A stretch of DNA of 64,000 nucleotides from Candidatus Latescibacterota bacterium (lineage in GTDB: Bacteria > Latescibacterota > UBA2968 > UBA8231): assembly GCA_965243025.1 (NCBI GenBank), contig CBDETY010000003.1, forward strand, positions 6,688,001 to 6,752,000, given 5' to 3'. Shown in pieces: positions 46,828-55,996 of the stretch; position 1 is the stretch's first letter, and the number at the start of each line of letters is the position of its first letter. The notes under the pieces are model-generated. The model searched no databases. It was not told the DNA's origin and saw only the letters and a program-made list of their open reading frames with translations. Both the position numbers and the translations under genes were made by a program.

Positions 46828-49209
46828 ATGAGAGCCTCCATGGCGATCTGCAGCATCGCTGTGTCGACGTTCGCCCCGCTGCAGTCAGGGAACGCCGACG
46901 AGTACGAGATTTCGCGCCGCGCCCAATGGCTGGAATGGACGGCCAATGACATCCCTGTCCTGGATACGGAAACACTCGACCTGCGGCCCGACGGCTCGGT
47001 CAGCCTGAGGAAATTCGAGCAGAACTTCAACGCCGCTCTCGACGCCCCGCTGTTTTTCCACGAGGAAAAGCAGGGAGGAATTCGGGAGGTGGGATCGAAC
47101 CAGCGGGATGCCCCCAACATCATCGACGGGGACCCGGAGACCTACTGGCAACCGGATGCCGACGCCCCGCTCGAAGACTGGTTCATCGAAATCGACCTTG
47201 GACGAGTCGTACCGGTGACCAGGGTGCGGATCCTCTTCCCCGACGGAGAGGGGGCGAAACCCTTTGAGGAGTTCAGGGTGTTCGAATCGGACGGTCTCCG
47301 GGTGGCCTCCGGAGACGTTTTCACCTTCGATCTCATCGGCGGCACTACCCGGCAGAATTTCGAAACCGAGGTCGAGTACAGGATCAGGGAGAGGGGCGGC
47401 GGAGCTACTGCGGTTCTCGGCAGGGGAGGAGTCGACGAGAGCAATGAACACCTCAGCGAGCCTTTCGTGATGATCCAGTACATCGGACTCTGGGCGGACG
47501 CCAGGAACGCCGATGCCGCGATCGCCGAGTTCGAAGTCTACACGTTCGGTGAGAATGTGTCGCTCGGGACCCTGCAGCGAGGAGGCAGCATCGTCGAGGG
47601 CACGGGGCTCGGACCGAGAGTAGCCGACGGCGACTTCAACACCACCTGGGGCGCTCTGGTCTCTTTCGAGCACGAAGGCGGAGGCGGCGAGTCCGGTTTC
47701 ACGGAATCCGAGGCGCTCGTCTGGGATCTCGGCGCCCTGTTCTGGGTGCACCAGATCCTGTGGCTGCCCCCGGTCGCACACCTCGACAACTTTCGCTTTC
47801 TCAGTTCTGACGGCAGCCTCAACCTTGCAGGGGAGTTCGAGTTCGAAATCATGTTCGATTTCGGCCACCTCACCGCCTTCGGGGGGTTTTCCCGGATAAC
47901 GGGAACCACGACCGGGGGAGCCGGGGGCGAGCCGAATATCCGTTACCTGTTTCTGCCCCCGAAGCGGATACGCTACCTGTCGGGCATTTTCCAGGGGGGC
48001 ATAGGAGGGCAGCTGAGAACGGGGGACATCAAGGAGGTCGTCGTCGTTCCTTCAGGTCACGTGGCGCAAGTGGAGATGAAGTCTCCGTTCATCGACCTCG
48101 GACGTCTCGGGGGGGACAATCGGATCAAGGTCATCGACGCCCTCACCTGGGAGACGGATCCCCTTCCTCCGGGGGCATTCGTTCAGGCCCGGACGCGAAC
48201 CGGAAACACCCTGGCCGAGGAGGTCACCTACTTCGACCGGGCGGGTGCGCAGCTGTCTGGAAAGGCCGAATACGACGATCTCAACAAGCGCATGAGAGGC
48301 CGCACGGACACCGCGACCGTGATTGGAGATGACTGGAGCCCGTGGAGCAAGATCTACCAGGACGCGGGTCAGGAGTTCCTCTCTCCCAGTCCCAGGCGGT
48401 TTGCCCAGATCGAGCTTCTTCTCGGTTCCGACAGGCCGGAAACAGCCCCTGCGCTGCAGTCGGTTTCCCTGGAATACACCAACGCCATCCTCGCCGGGGT
48501 GGATGGAGAGGTGCATCCCCGAACAGCGTCCGCGGGCGTGGTTGAGGAATTCATTCTCGGCATCCAACCGGAGTTCAGATCGGGGGATTCCGGTTTCAAC
48601 CTGATCAAGCTTCTGACTCCCTCCGCCGTGGACGATCTGACCATCTCGGTAGGCGGCAGCGTGGTCGAGGATGCCCGCGTCGAGATCGTCCCGGATTCCC
48701 TGCTGATAGAGTTGTCCCAACCCGTCACAAGGCAAGCCGTCGAGCTGAATTTCCGCCTTGCCCTTCTGGAAAACCCCACCTACTTCAATACCCAGATTGG
48801 AAACACGGAGCAGCCCGGCCTCTGGCAGCCCGTCGACCCCCGCGGGCGTTACGCCACCACGGTTTTTCTCCCGTCGTTGCCTGAAACAGCCGAAGCCGTG
48901 GGAAGTCTCTCCATAAAACCGCAACTTCTCACTCCCAACGGCGACGATTTCGGAGAGCAGACCGCCATACGGTTCAACGCCTTGAAAGCAGATGCCACCC
49001 CTGAGGTGAAGGTGTTCGACCTGCAGGGAAGGCTGATGGCGGAGCTGACCGGGGAGAGGGGATCGGACCAGGTCCTCACCCACGCCTGGACCTACACCTG
49101 GTCCGGTAGAAATCAGTCCGGGGCCCTCGTACCCCCCGGCATATACGTATGCTGGGTCAAGCTCGAAGGGGATGAAGCAGTGGCGCGGACCATCAGTGTC
49201 GCCTATTGA
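46828..49209 (+). CDS. Secreted protein with discoidin/F5-8-like module(s) and C-terminal FlgD-Ig-like domain, paralog 6
   Basis: Signal peptide. NIIDGDPETYW..WFIEIDLGR (discoidin-like), RTRTG, WSPWS, SPSPRRF, LTPNGD, WSGRNQSG..VPPGIY and terminal ISVAY*. Confidence 0.82.
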   Translation: MRASMAICSIAVSTFAPLQSGNADEYEISRRAQWLEWTANDIPVLDTETLDLRPDGSVSLRKFEQNFNAALDAPLFFHEEKQGGIREVGSNQRDAPNIIDGDPETYWQPDADAPLEDWFIEIDLGRVVPVTRVRILFPDGEGAKPFEEFRVFESDGLRVASGDVFTFDLIGGTTRQNFETEVEYRIRERGGGATAVLGRGGVDESNEHLSEPFVMIQYIGLWADARNADAAIAEFEVYTFGENVSLGTLQRGGSIVEGTGLGPRVADGDFNTTWGALVSFEHEGGGGESGFTESEALVWDLGALFWVHQILWLPPVAHLDNFRFLSSDGSLNLAGEFEFEIMFDFGHLTAFGGFSRITGTTTGGAGGEPNIRYLFLPPKRIRYLSGIFQGGIGGQLRTGDIKEVVVVPSGHVAQVEMKSPFIDLGRLGGDNRIKVIDALTWETDPLPPGAFVQARTRTGNTLAEEVTYFDRAGAQLSGKAEYDDLNKRMRGRTDTATVIGDDWSPWSKIYQDAGQEFLSPSPRRFAQIELLLGSDRPETAPALQSVSLEYTNAILAGVDGEVHPRTASAGVVEEFILGIQPEFRSGDSGFNLIKLLTPSAVDDLTISVGGSVVEDARVEIVPDSLLIELSQPVTRQAVELNFRLALLENPTYFNTQIGNTEQPGLWQPVDPRGRYATTVFLPSLPETAEAVGSLSIKPQLLTPNGDDFGEQTAIRFNALKADATPEVKVFDLQGRLMAELTGERGSDQVLTHAWTYTWSGRNQSGALVPPGIYVCWVKLEGDEAVARTISVAY

Positions 49210-49344
49210 GGGTTCGGCGGCGCTGCTGGTTGCTCAACTGTCGCTTCACCCCTAAGTGAAGCTCCCTGCCCCCCACCACAGAGGGAGGTCCCCGCCTGTT
49301 CCTTTCAGGTGGGCATCTCCCGCGCAGACAGGCCTGTCCCCGGC

Positions 49345-51249
49345 ATGACTTTCCGAGCCCTGATAACGGGACTGGTGCTGTCCCTCGCCGTCGGAATCGC
49401 CGTCTACTTCGAGATGTACCTCAAGGGTTCGAACGCCGGCGGGGTATTCCTCACCAGTCCGGCAGCGTTGTTCTTCTTTGTGATTCTCGTCGGTATCGTG
49501 AATGTCGTTCTGGGAGCTGTGCACAGGCCCTGGGCGTTCCGGCGCGGCGAGCTGATAGCCATCTTCATAATGATGACGGTGGCCAACTCCGCCCACAACC
49601 CGGTCCATTACTGGCTGGGGGCGTTGACGGGGGTCTTTTACTACGCCACCCCCGAGAACGATTGGGCCGAACGGCTGCATCCGCACATCCCGGAATGGAT
49701 CGCTCCACGCGACTGGACCGCGATCAGGGATTTTTACGAGGGAACCGGAGGACATGGCGGCATTCCCTGGGAGGTGTGGGCGGGGCCGATTCTCTACTGG
49801 CTGCCCTTGATCATGGGATTCCATGTGGCGGCTCTTTGCCTGATGGTCATGGTCAGGCGCCAGTGGATGGACCAGGAACGGCTTGTTTATCCGATAGTCC
49901 AGGTTCCCCTGGCCATGGTCCGGGACGACGAACGCGGCTCCCTCGTCAAGCCCTTCTTTCGCAGTTGGGCGATGTGGCTCGGAATGGCGGTTCCAATCGC
50001 CATAGGGGCGGTGCGGGGTCTCCACCACTACCTCGAGTACGTGCCGACAATCGAACTGGCCACCCACCTCTCCCTGATGGATGGACTGAGCGTGCCGGTG
50101 GGACTGAGCTTCGCCACGCTCGGGTTCTTTTTCCTCGTAATGCGCGAAGTATCCTTCTCGCTGTGGGCCCTCTATCTGCTGAACCTGATCCAGAGGGCCG
50201 CCTACCTGCGGCTGGGAGTAGGCACGTCGACGGAAACCGCCATCAGCCCCTTCAGCGGCTGGAGCACTCCCGACCTCGTTCACCAGGGCGTCGGGGGCCT
50301 GATCGTGCTCGTTCTGGGCGGCCTGTGGCTTGGCCGGACCCATATCGGGGACGTGCTGCGAAAGGCTTTCACCGGGGCCCGCGACATCGACGACAGCCGG
50401 GAGATCCTCTCCTATCGCGGTGCGGTGATCGGGCTTTTCGGCAGTTTCGCGGTGATGACCGTCTGGCTGTGGCTGTCCGGTATCCCGTTTCTCGGAGTGC
50501 TGGTGTTCCTGTTTTTTGCCTTTGTGATTTTCATGGGGCTTACCCGCCTGATAGCGGAGGGGGGATTTGCCGTAATCTACAATCCGCTGGTGGCTCCCGA
50601 TGCGGCGATTTCGGCCATGGGATCCTCCTTTTTCGGAGCTTCCGGCATGATGGGGCTGATGTTCACCCGGGTGTGGGCGAACGACATCATGAACTTCATC
50701 ATGCCCCACTTCGCCCATGGCCTCAAACTCAGCGAGCAGATCGGCCGGCGCCGGCGCTTGCTGTTCTGGGGGATGATTCTGGCGAGCTTGGCGGGTCTGA
50801 GCGGGTCCTTGTGGATGGTGTTGACCCTGACCTACAACCACGGGGGCGTCAACCTGAGGGACTTCAACTACATCTGGATGCCGAGGACGATTCCCGAATA
50901 TGCGGCGGCGCGCATCGCGGAGTGGTCGGGCCCCGCCTGGTGGGGTTGGTTTCACACCGCTGCAGGAGCGGTCTTCATGTCACTGCTGATGATGGCCCGG
51001 AGGTTCTGGGGATGGTGGCCCCTGCATCCTATCGGCTTTCCGATCAGCGCCTGCGTGGGGTGGGCGGCCATCAATGCCTTCCTGGCATGGATGTTCAAGT
51101 CGATTGCCCTGAACTATGGGGGGCCGCCGCTCTACAGGGCGATTCGCCCGTTCTTCCTCGGCCTGATCCTGGGTCAGATAACCATCTGCGGTATCTGGTG
51201 GATCATCGACACCTTTACAGGACAGCAGGGCAACTACGTCCTGTGGTAA
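49345..51249 (+). CDS. Multi-pass membrane protein, DUF6785/DUF6784-like putative transporter, copy C
   Basis: Full-length paralog of 26945..28852 and 28866..30776 (MTFRAL.., RRQWMDQERLVYP, WWPLHPIG). Confidence 0.8.
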   Translation: MTFRALITGLVLSLAVGIAVYFEMYLKGSNAGGVFLTSPAALFFFVILVGIVNVVLGAVHRPWAFRRGELIAIFIMMTVANSAHNPVHYWLGALTGVFYYATPENDWAERLHPHIPEWIAPRDWTAIRDFYEGTGGHGGIPWEVWAGPILYWLPLIMGFHVAALCLMVMVRRQWMDQERLVYPIVQVPLAMVRDDERGSLVKPFFRSWAMWLGMAVPIAIGAVRGLHHYLEYVPTIELATHLSLMDGLSVPVGLSFATLGFFFLVMREVSFSLWALYLLNLIQRAAYLRLGVGTSTETAISPFSGWSTPDLVHQGVGGLIVLVLGGLWLGRTHIGDVLRKAFTGARDIDDSREILSYRGAVIGLFGSFAVMTVWLWLSGIPFLGVLVFLFFAFVIFMGLTRLIAEGGFAVIYNPLVAPDAAISAMGSSFFGASGMMGLMFTRVWANDIMNFIMPHFAHGLKLSEQIGRRRRLLFWGMILASLAGLSGSLWMVLTLTYNHGGVNLRDFNYIWMPRTIPEYAAARIAEWSGPAWWGWFHTAAGAVFMSLLMMARRFWGWWPLHPIGFPISACVGWAAINAFLAWMFKSIALNYGGPPLYRAIRPFFLGLILGQITICGIWWIIDTFTGQQGNYVLW

Positions 51250-51261
51250 GTACGGGGGGCG

Positions 51262-51298
51262 AAAAAAAAACGGGGAGAGCGTTTCTACGCTCTCCCCG
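51262..51298 (-). terminator. Rho-independent terminator for the 52269->51328 gene
   Basis: Perfect 12-bp stem CGGGGAGAGCGT-ttct-ACGCTCTCCCCG with an A9 run on its left, which is U9 on the minus strand. Confidence 0.88.
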
Positions 51299-51327
51299 CC
51301 AAACTGCCTCCTGAAATTCCGGAGCCT

Positions 51328-52269
51328 TTACTTGCTCTCCAGGTTTTCCTGCATGGAGTGCTTGATCCGGGCCCAGGTGACTGTCTCGACTGCCGTATCG
51401 TCTTCCTCGGCCGGGATCGGGAAGTAATCGCTGTGCGAGTCCCCGTTCCGGAAGATGGCGTCGACGCATCCGGCCTCGCGACAACCGGTCAGATGACGCT
51501 GCCAGTTCGTGTCGCCATCCTGAAACTGCACGCCGAAGTGGATGACTTTGTCCACCTCGATGATATGCCTGATGGACTCGGCGGCACTGGTGCTCCAGTC
51601 GTCATACAGCTGGAAAGCGAGCTCGTGGGTTCTGGTAACGTTGGTGCTTCCGTGCTGGGCGTCCGGCGGCGAAAGGGTCCAGGTGCCGTCGACGGCGGGA
51701 GGCTCGGCGAGCCACCACAAATCCTGGTTGTCCTGCCAGTCCGGGTTGTTGATCCAATGATAACGCACCTCTTCGCCGGCGACGTTGGTCGGCAGCACGC
51801 GCCACTGGTAGAAGTATCCGTTCCGCTCGACTTCGTGGTCGCCGAGGTTCTCGTCATCCCTGAAGAACCCGCCGGTATGATCCGGGTCGAAACCGATCAC
51901 CAGTTCGTCGTCCTTCCACCAACCGCCCGGTTCCTCGGTGTCGACCTTCAGCGTGTCGTCCTGTATCCGGGTGAAGAACCAGAAGCGGTTGTCATCCCCC
52001 CCGCTCCAGGCTGTGAAGTAGACGATGTTGAGCGAGTTCGGATCGATTTCGCCTACGTATGCGGCAATGCTCTTCATCTCCGAATTGTCGACGGCAAAGC
52101 TTTCGTCGTACCACCCCCAGTCGGCCTCGTCGCCATCGAGCACCATGTTCGCTACCTGGGACGGCGGTATTTGCGGGAAGAACTTCGTGACGCCGTTATG
52201 GGCCATGGCCGCCCCGCTGGCGGCAAGAATCAAGGCCAGCGTCAAAGCCAATGACTTCGATGAACTCAT
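51328..52269 (-). CDS. Secreted acidic protein, possible CBM9/DOMON-like fold, with C-terminal TAVETVTWARIK tail
   Basis: AAAGGAG RBS. Signal peptide ending AMA. LDGDEADW and ..QDD..D.L.I..DPDHTGG resemble CBM9/DOMON-like sugar-binding domains. Confidence 0.75.
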   Translation of the reverse strand: MSSSKSLALTLALILAASGAAMAHNGVTKFFPQIPPSQVANMVLDGDEADWGWYDESFAVDNSEMKSIAAYVGEIDPNSLNIVYFTAWSGGDDNRFWFFTRIQDDTLKVDTEEPGGWWKDDELVIGFDPDHTGGFFRDDENLGDHEVERNGYFYQWRVLPTNVAGEEVRYHWINNPDWQDNQDLWWLAEPPAVDGTWTLSPPDAQHGSTNVTRTHELAFQLYDDWSTSAAESIRHIIEVDKVIHFGVQFQDGDTNWQRHLTGCREAGCVDAIFRNGDSHSDYFPIPAEEDDTAVETVTWARIKHSMQENLESK

Positions 52270-52374
52270 GAAAGACTCCTTTCGAGGCTGTGGGAGTTGA
52301 ACGGAAATTGCAGGCTTGTGAAAATCTCAGGAAGTTCGTATTGTGGGCTGCGAATTCGCCTTAATAATTGGAAC

Positions 52375-52403
52375 TATATAGGTAAATCCCCTGGTCAAGT
52401 CAA
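52375..52403 (-). promoter_or_regulatory. Candidate sigma70 promoter for 52269->51328
   Basis: Minus strand TTGACT-N17-TATATA (TATAGT at N19) in an AT-rich divergent intergenic region. Confidence 0.4.
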
Positions 52404-52522
52404 CCTTTTTCTGCCAGGGTTCAGTCCGCCTCGCAGTGGGATTTCGTCGGGCCAAACTGCTTGCGCTCATCGGGAACTTTCCGAGTTTGGCTGGGAATAT
52501 TTCAGCCCTTAGGGAGGGATAA

Positions 52523-55177
52523 ATGCGGCGTCTCTTATTTTCTCCTAAATCGATACAGCTCCTCCTGCTCCCGATCATCCTCGTTACGGATCTTCCGGTT
52601 TTCGCCCAGAGAACCGGGTACCGGCCCGTTGAAGAGCCGGGGATCTACGGCGCCCGCATCCATCCGGGCGCCTTGGCCCCGAATCGCCGCAAATGGCTCC
52701 TGCCTCAGAATCTCTACTACGAATATCAATGGAAGGGCTGGGAATACAGCAACTACGCAAGGGACCACTACCAGCGCTATGTCGACATCCTTCTCGAAGG
52801 GACCCGTCACTACGATCCATTCGGAAACTACATCGGCCGCGGATGGGAGATCTACGACTGGACCGAGACGAGTCCGCAGAGGCTGGGAAGCGGCATTTTC
52901 AAGAGTCCCAGGTGGAGGGGCTTCTTCAACAGCGTCGTGGTGTCGTCGGCAAGCAAGGGCCAGTTCTTTACCGCCCTCACGGCAGGCGATGCGATCCGCA
53001 CAAGCCTGACCCCCCTGACCTTCTCGAAACCGGCGTTCAACGGTATCCAGTGGGACCTGTTGAGCGACAAGTACGCCGTGACGGCGCTGGCCTCGCGGCT
53101 CAATTCCCCCGGCTTCACCGCCTTGAGCGAAGCACAGGGCCCGGGCCTGGTCGAGAACTCCACCCGCCTCATGGGTCTGAGGGGGGTCACGCAGGTGGGA
53201 GACTTCGCCAAGGTGGGGGCGACGTGGGTCAGCGCCGCCAACGCGAGCAGCGAGTTGAGCATCGGCGACAATTCTCTCAAAGGAGTGCTCACCGGACCCC
53301 AGAATACGGGTAACGTCGAGACCATCACCATCCGGATCTCCGACGATTCCCCCGAATCTGCGGAATCGGGAGCCCTGCTTTACTTCGACCAGGTCCTGAT
53401 CGACGGCGAGGCGCACCCGGAAATCGTGCCCCTGATCAGCGGTGGAGTCGGCAGGGAGGGAGTGCTCGAGGCGCGCGGCTCGGACCATATCGAGCTGATC
53501 TACGATATACGCAACGCCTTCCGCCCCACGGATGACGTTCCGACCTTCCGCGACGCCCGCAAGCTGGAGTTCGAGCTCGTGGTCGCCAATGACTACCGCA
53601 TCGAAGTCACATCGAACCTGCAGACCGACCGCCGCGGAGCTCAGGTGTTTCTCCTGGTAGACCAGGCGCGGAACAACATAGTCGACGGGGCAAACCAGCG
53701 GTTCATTCGCTTCGCCTACGGTCTTCCTACTGCCAGCGAGGTGCTCGGCATCGATCTGGAGCTGATTGACTGGGGAGGACTCGAGCTGAGGTCGGAATAC
53801 GTCGTGAACCGCAAATACCGGCGTTTCCCCAACCAGAATTACCGCAAGTTGGGGGCCCGGAAGGAGACTGCCGAGGCCTACTATGTAACTGCTTCCTACC
53901 GCCAGCATCCCTGGTTCGCATTCGGAGAGGCGTACAGCATGGATCCGGAATACAGTACGTCGGCCTTCATCGGCGACTCCCGGGGCGCTTTCGATTATTC
54001 CGATGAAACCCGGCACCTGTTCGAGTTTGTGGACGACAACGACGACCAGGACCGATTCCCCGACTGGATGCGGTTCGGGCAGGGAGGGCAGCAGGGCGGT
54101 ACGACGGCGGGTGCGGCCGGTTTCGACCTCAGAGTGTTTCCCGGGCTCGATGAGAACAACGACTTCGTCTCCGATTTCAACCAGAACCAGAACGGCAAAC
54201 CGGATTACGACGAACCCTTCCTTCGCTATGCCGTGGATCCTCCGGAGTTCCTGTTCGGCATGGACATGAACAACAACACCATTATCGACCGTTTCGAGAA
54301 CGATCTCGAGCCGGATTATCCGTACGACCGCGACCGACAGGGCCGGAACATATACGGGGGATTGGCACTGACCGAGGATGTCCACCTGACGGTGGGCAGC
54401 CTCAGCGAAAACCAGCTGAGCAGCGCCCGCGAGAGCAGAGCTACGTACGCCTTGCTCACGGCCGGGTGGGAGCTTCCGGGTCTCAATATTTCCCTGTTCG
54501 AACACGCCAAGTGGGTCAAGGACGACATCCCGGACGACCGCATCCGGTGGGTCGACCCCCTGGGGCACCAGGATTTCCTCGACCCGCTCGAAAACCAGGA
54601 TACGTTCGTCAACCAGGTTTACCTCGATGCCAGATTCTCACGCATCCGCGATCTCAACATCGAAGGCAAGCTGAAATACGAGACCTTCGGCCAGGGAGGG
54701 GATCTGGCCGAGGACGAAAGCATTCGGGACCGTTCCTTCTTCGGCTTGATCAACAAGGCGGACTACAGCTACAAGCTCCATCGCGACCTGACCCTGTGGC
54801 CCAAATGGAAAAGCACCTTCCGCCGTTTGACCCCTACCTCGACCGAGGATCTGAAGCTTCGAGACCTGGAGGAGACCCTGTTTCTGGTAAGCCGGTATTC
54901 GATTGTCGAGGGGCGTACCTGGATGGATTGGGGCGTGGAGCTGAGCTGGTTCAACAACCTCAGGGAGAGGCCGGATGAACCTCCGCCCGGATTCGTCGAC
55001 GACTTTCGCAGCCGCGTCTGGTCGATTCTTTTCGGGAATGTCTCGGAGTACCTGGGATATCAACTGACCATGAACCTCGGTGTCCAGCTCGAGAGAACGC
55101 AGTTCGAGGCCACCGACGAGGTCCGGAAGGAATCGATCGCATTCATGAGAATCTTCGCCAGCACTGGACAGATGTGA
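52523..55177 (+). CDS. Exported hypothetical protein, putative outer-membrane beta-barrel with Asp/Asn-rich Ca-binding-like loops
   Basis: GGAGG RBS and signal peptide ending VFA. Many alternating-hydrophobic, aromatic-rich strands, especially in the C-terminal half. DENNDFVSD, NQNGKPDYDE and DMNNNTIID loops. Confidence 0.7.
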   Translation: MRRLLFSPKSIQLLLLPIILVTDLPVFAQRTGYRPVEEPGIYGARIHPGALAPNRRKWLLPQNLYYEYQWKGWEYSNYARDHYQRYVDILLEGTRHYDPFGNYIGRGWEIYDWTETSPQRLGSGIFKSPRWRGFFNSVVVSSASKGQFFTALTAGDAIRTSLTPLTFSKPAFNGIQWDLLSDKYAVTALASRLNSPGFTALSEAQGPGLVENSTRLMGLRGVTQVGDFAKVGATWVSAANASSELSIGDNSLKGVLTGPQNTGNVETITIRISDDSPESAESGALLYFDQVLIDGEAHPEIVPLISGGVGREGVLEARGSDHIELIYDIRNAFRPTDDVPTFRDARKLEFELVVANDYRIEVTSNLQTDRRGAQVFLLVDQARNNIVDGANQRFIRFAYGLPTASEVLGIDLELIDWGGLELRSEYVVNRKYRRFPNQNYRKLGARKETAEAYYVTASYRQHPWFAFGEAYSMDPEYSTSAFIGDSRGAFDYSDETRHLFEFVDDNDDQDRFPDWMRFGQGGQQGGTTAGAAGFDLRVFPGLDENNDFVSDFNQNQNGKPDYDEPFLRYAVDPPEFLFGMDMNNNTIIDRFENDLEPDYPYDRDRQGRNIYGGLALTEDVHLTVGSLSENQLSSARESRATYALLTAGWELPGLNISLFEHAKWVKDDIPDDRIRWVDPLGHQDFLDPLENQDTFVNQVYLDARFSRIRDLNIEGKLKYETFGQGGDLAEDESIRDRSFFGLINKADYSYKLHRDLTLWPKWKSTFRRLTPTSTEDLKLRDLEETLFLVSRYSIVEGRTWMDWGVELSWFNNLRERPDEPPPGFVDDFRSRVWSILFGNVSEYLGYQLTMNLGVQLERTQFEATDEVRKESIAFMRIFASTGQM

Positions 55178-55194
55178 TCGGGAGGGCATTCGCA

Positions 55195-55992
55195 ATGCGA
55201 ACCGAGATGACTCACCGGGGAAGTGGTGCAGGGCGGGGAAGGTCGCTGGTGGCATCCTCCGTTTTCCTGGGGATCCTTGCAGCCGGATGCGGACTGAAAC
55301 TGGGGTACCGCCACTTTGCAGGCCCCGTGGTTCCGGCTGCGGAGCACGAGGAACAGTTCACGGTCGGGGACGACCGCAGCATTACTTTCGTCCGCGGCCG
55401 CCTCGAGGTGACGATGCTGCCCCTTACCACGGAGATGATAAACCGCCAGCTGTCGTCCCATTCGGAGTCCCGCGCCGGCTTTTCCCGACCCAACCCCTAC
55501 GTCACGCCCACCAATCCCTACAGTTACGGCGACTGGACCCCCCTGGGAGAGGGTACGTCCCCCGACCGCTTCACCCTGTTCGTGCTGAAGGTGAAGAATT
55601 ACGCCTACCCCAAGGTCCGCATAGATCCTTCCGGCATCGAGATCGTCGCTCCGAACGGGCGTCGTTATCCGTCGCTCACCCTCTCCGCACTGGTCGAGTA
55701 CTACTGGCCCTATGCGGTCGCCTACTCCGGGAACAACCACAGGCAGCTGCGCGAGCGTACGGACGTGCTGCGGCGCACTCTGTACCGGGACGACATGGTC
55801 TTCAGCGGTCAGGAAAAGCAGGGTTTCGTCGTGTTCGAGCCGCTTCACCGCGATGTGGAAGATTTCACGCTCCATATCAACGGGATGCAGCTGCGTTTCG
55901 ACTACCGCGGCGACCCGATTGAAACCGTGGACATCGCCTATCGCTTCGACCGCGAGGTGCACTACGCCAAAGAGCCTCCCGCGGAGGGGTAG
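55195..55992 (+). CDS. Hypothetical lipoprotein
   Basis: GGAGGG RBS and lipobox ILAAGC. The beta-rich body (FTLFVLKVKN..GFVVF) suggests a beta-sandwich. Confidence 0.75.
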   Translation: MRTEMTHRGSGAGRGRSLVASSVFLGILAAGCGLKLGYRHFAGPVVPAAEHEEQFTVGDDRSITFVRGRLEVTMLPLTTEMINRQLSSHSESRAGFSRPNPYVTPTNPYSYGDWTPLGEGTSPDRFTLFVLKVKNYAYPKVRIDPSGIEIVAPNGRRYPSLTLSALVEYYWPYAVAYSGNNHRQLRERTDVLRRTLYRDDMVFSGQEKQGFVVFEPLHRDVEDFTLHINGMQLRFDYRGDPIETVDIAYRFDREVHYAKEPPAEG

Positions 55993-55996
55993 ACCG

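Noticed and set aside
8209-49209. Flagellar hook-cap (flgD) function for the FlgD-Ig proteins
   Set aside because: They have Sec signal peptides, are 660-800 aa long, carry only the terminal Ig-like domain, and have no flagellar genes nearby.
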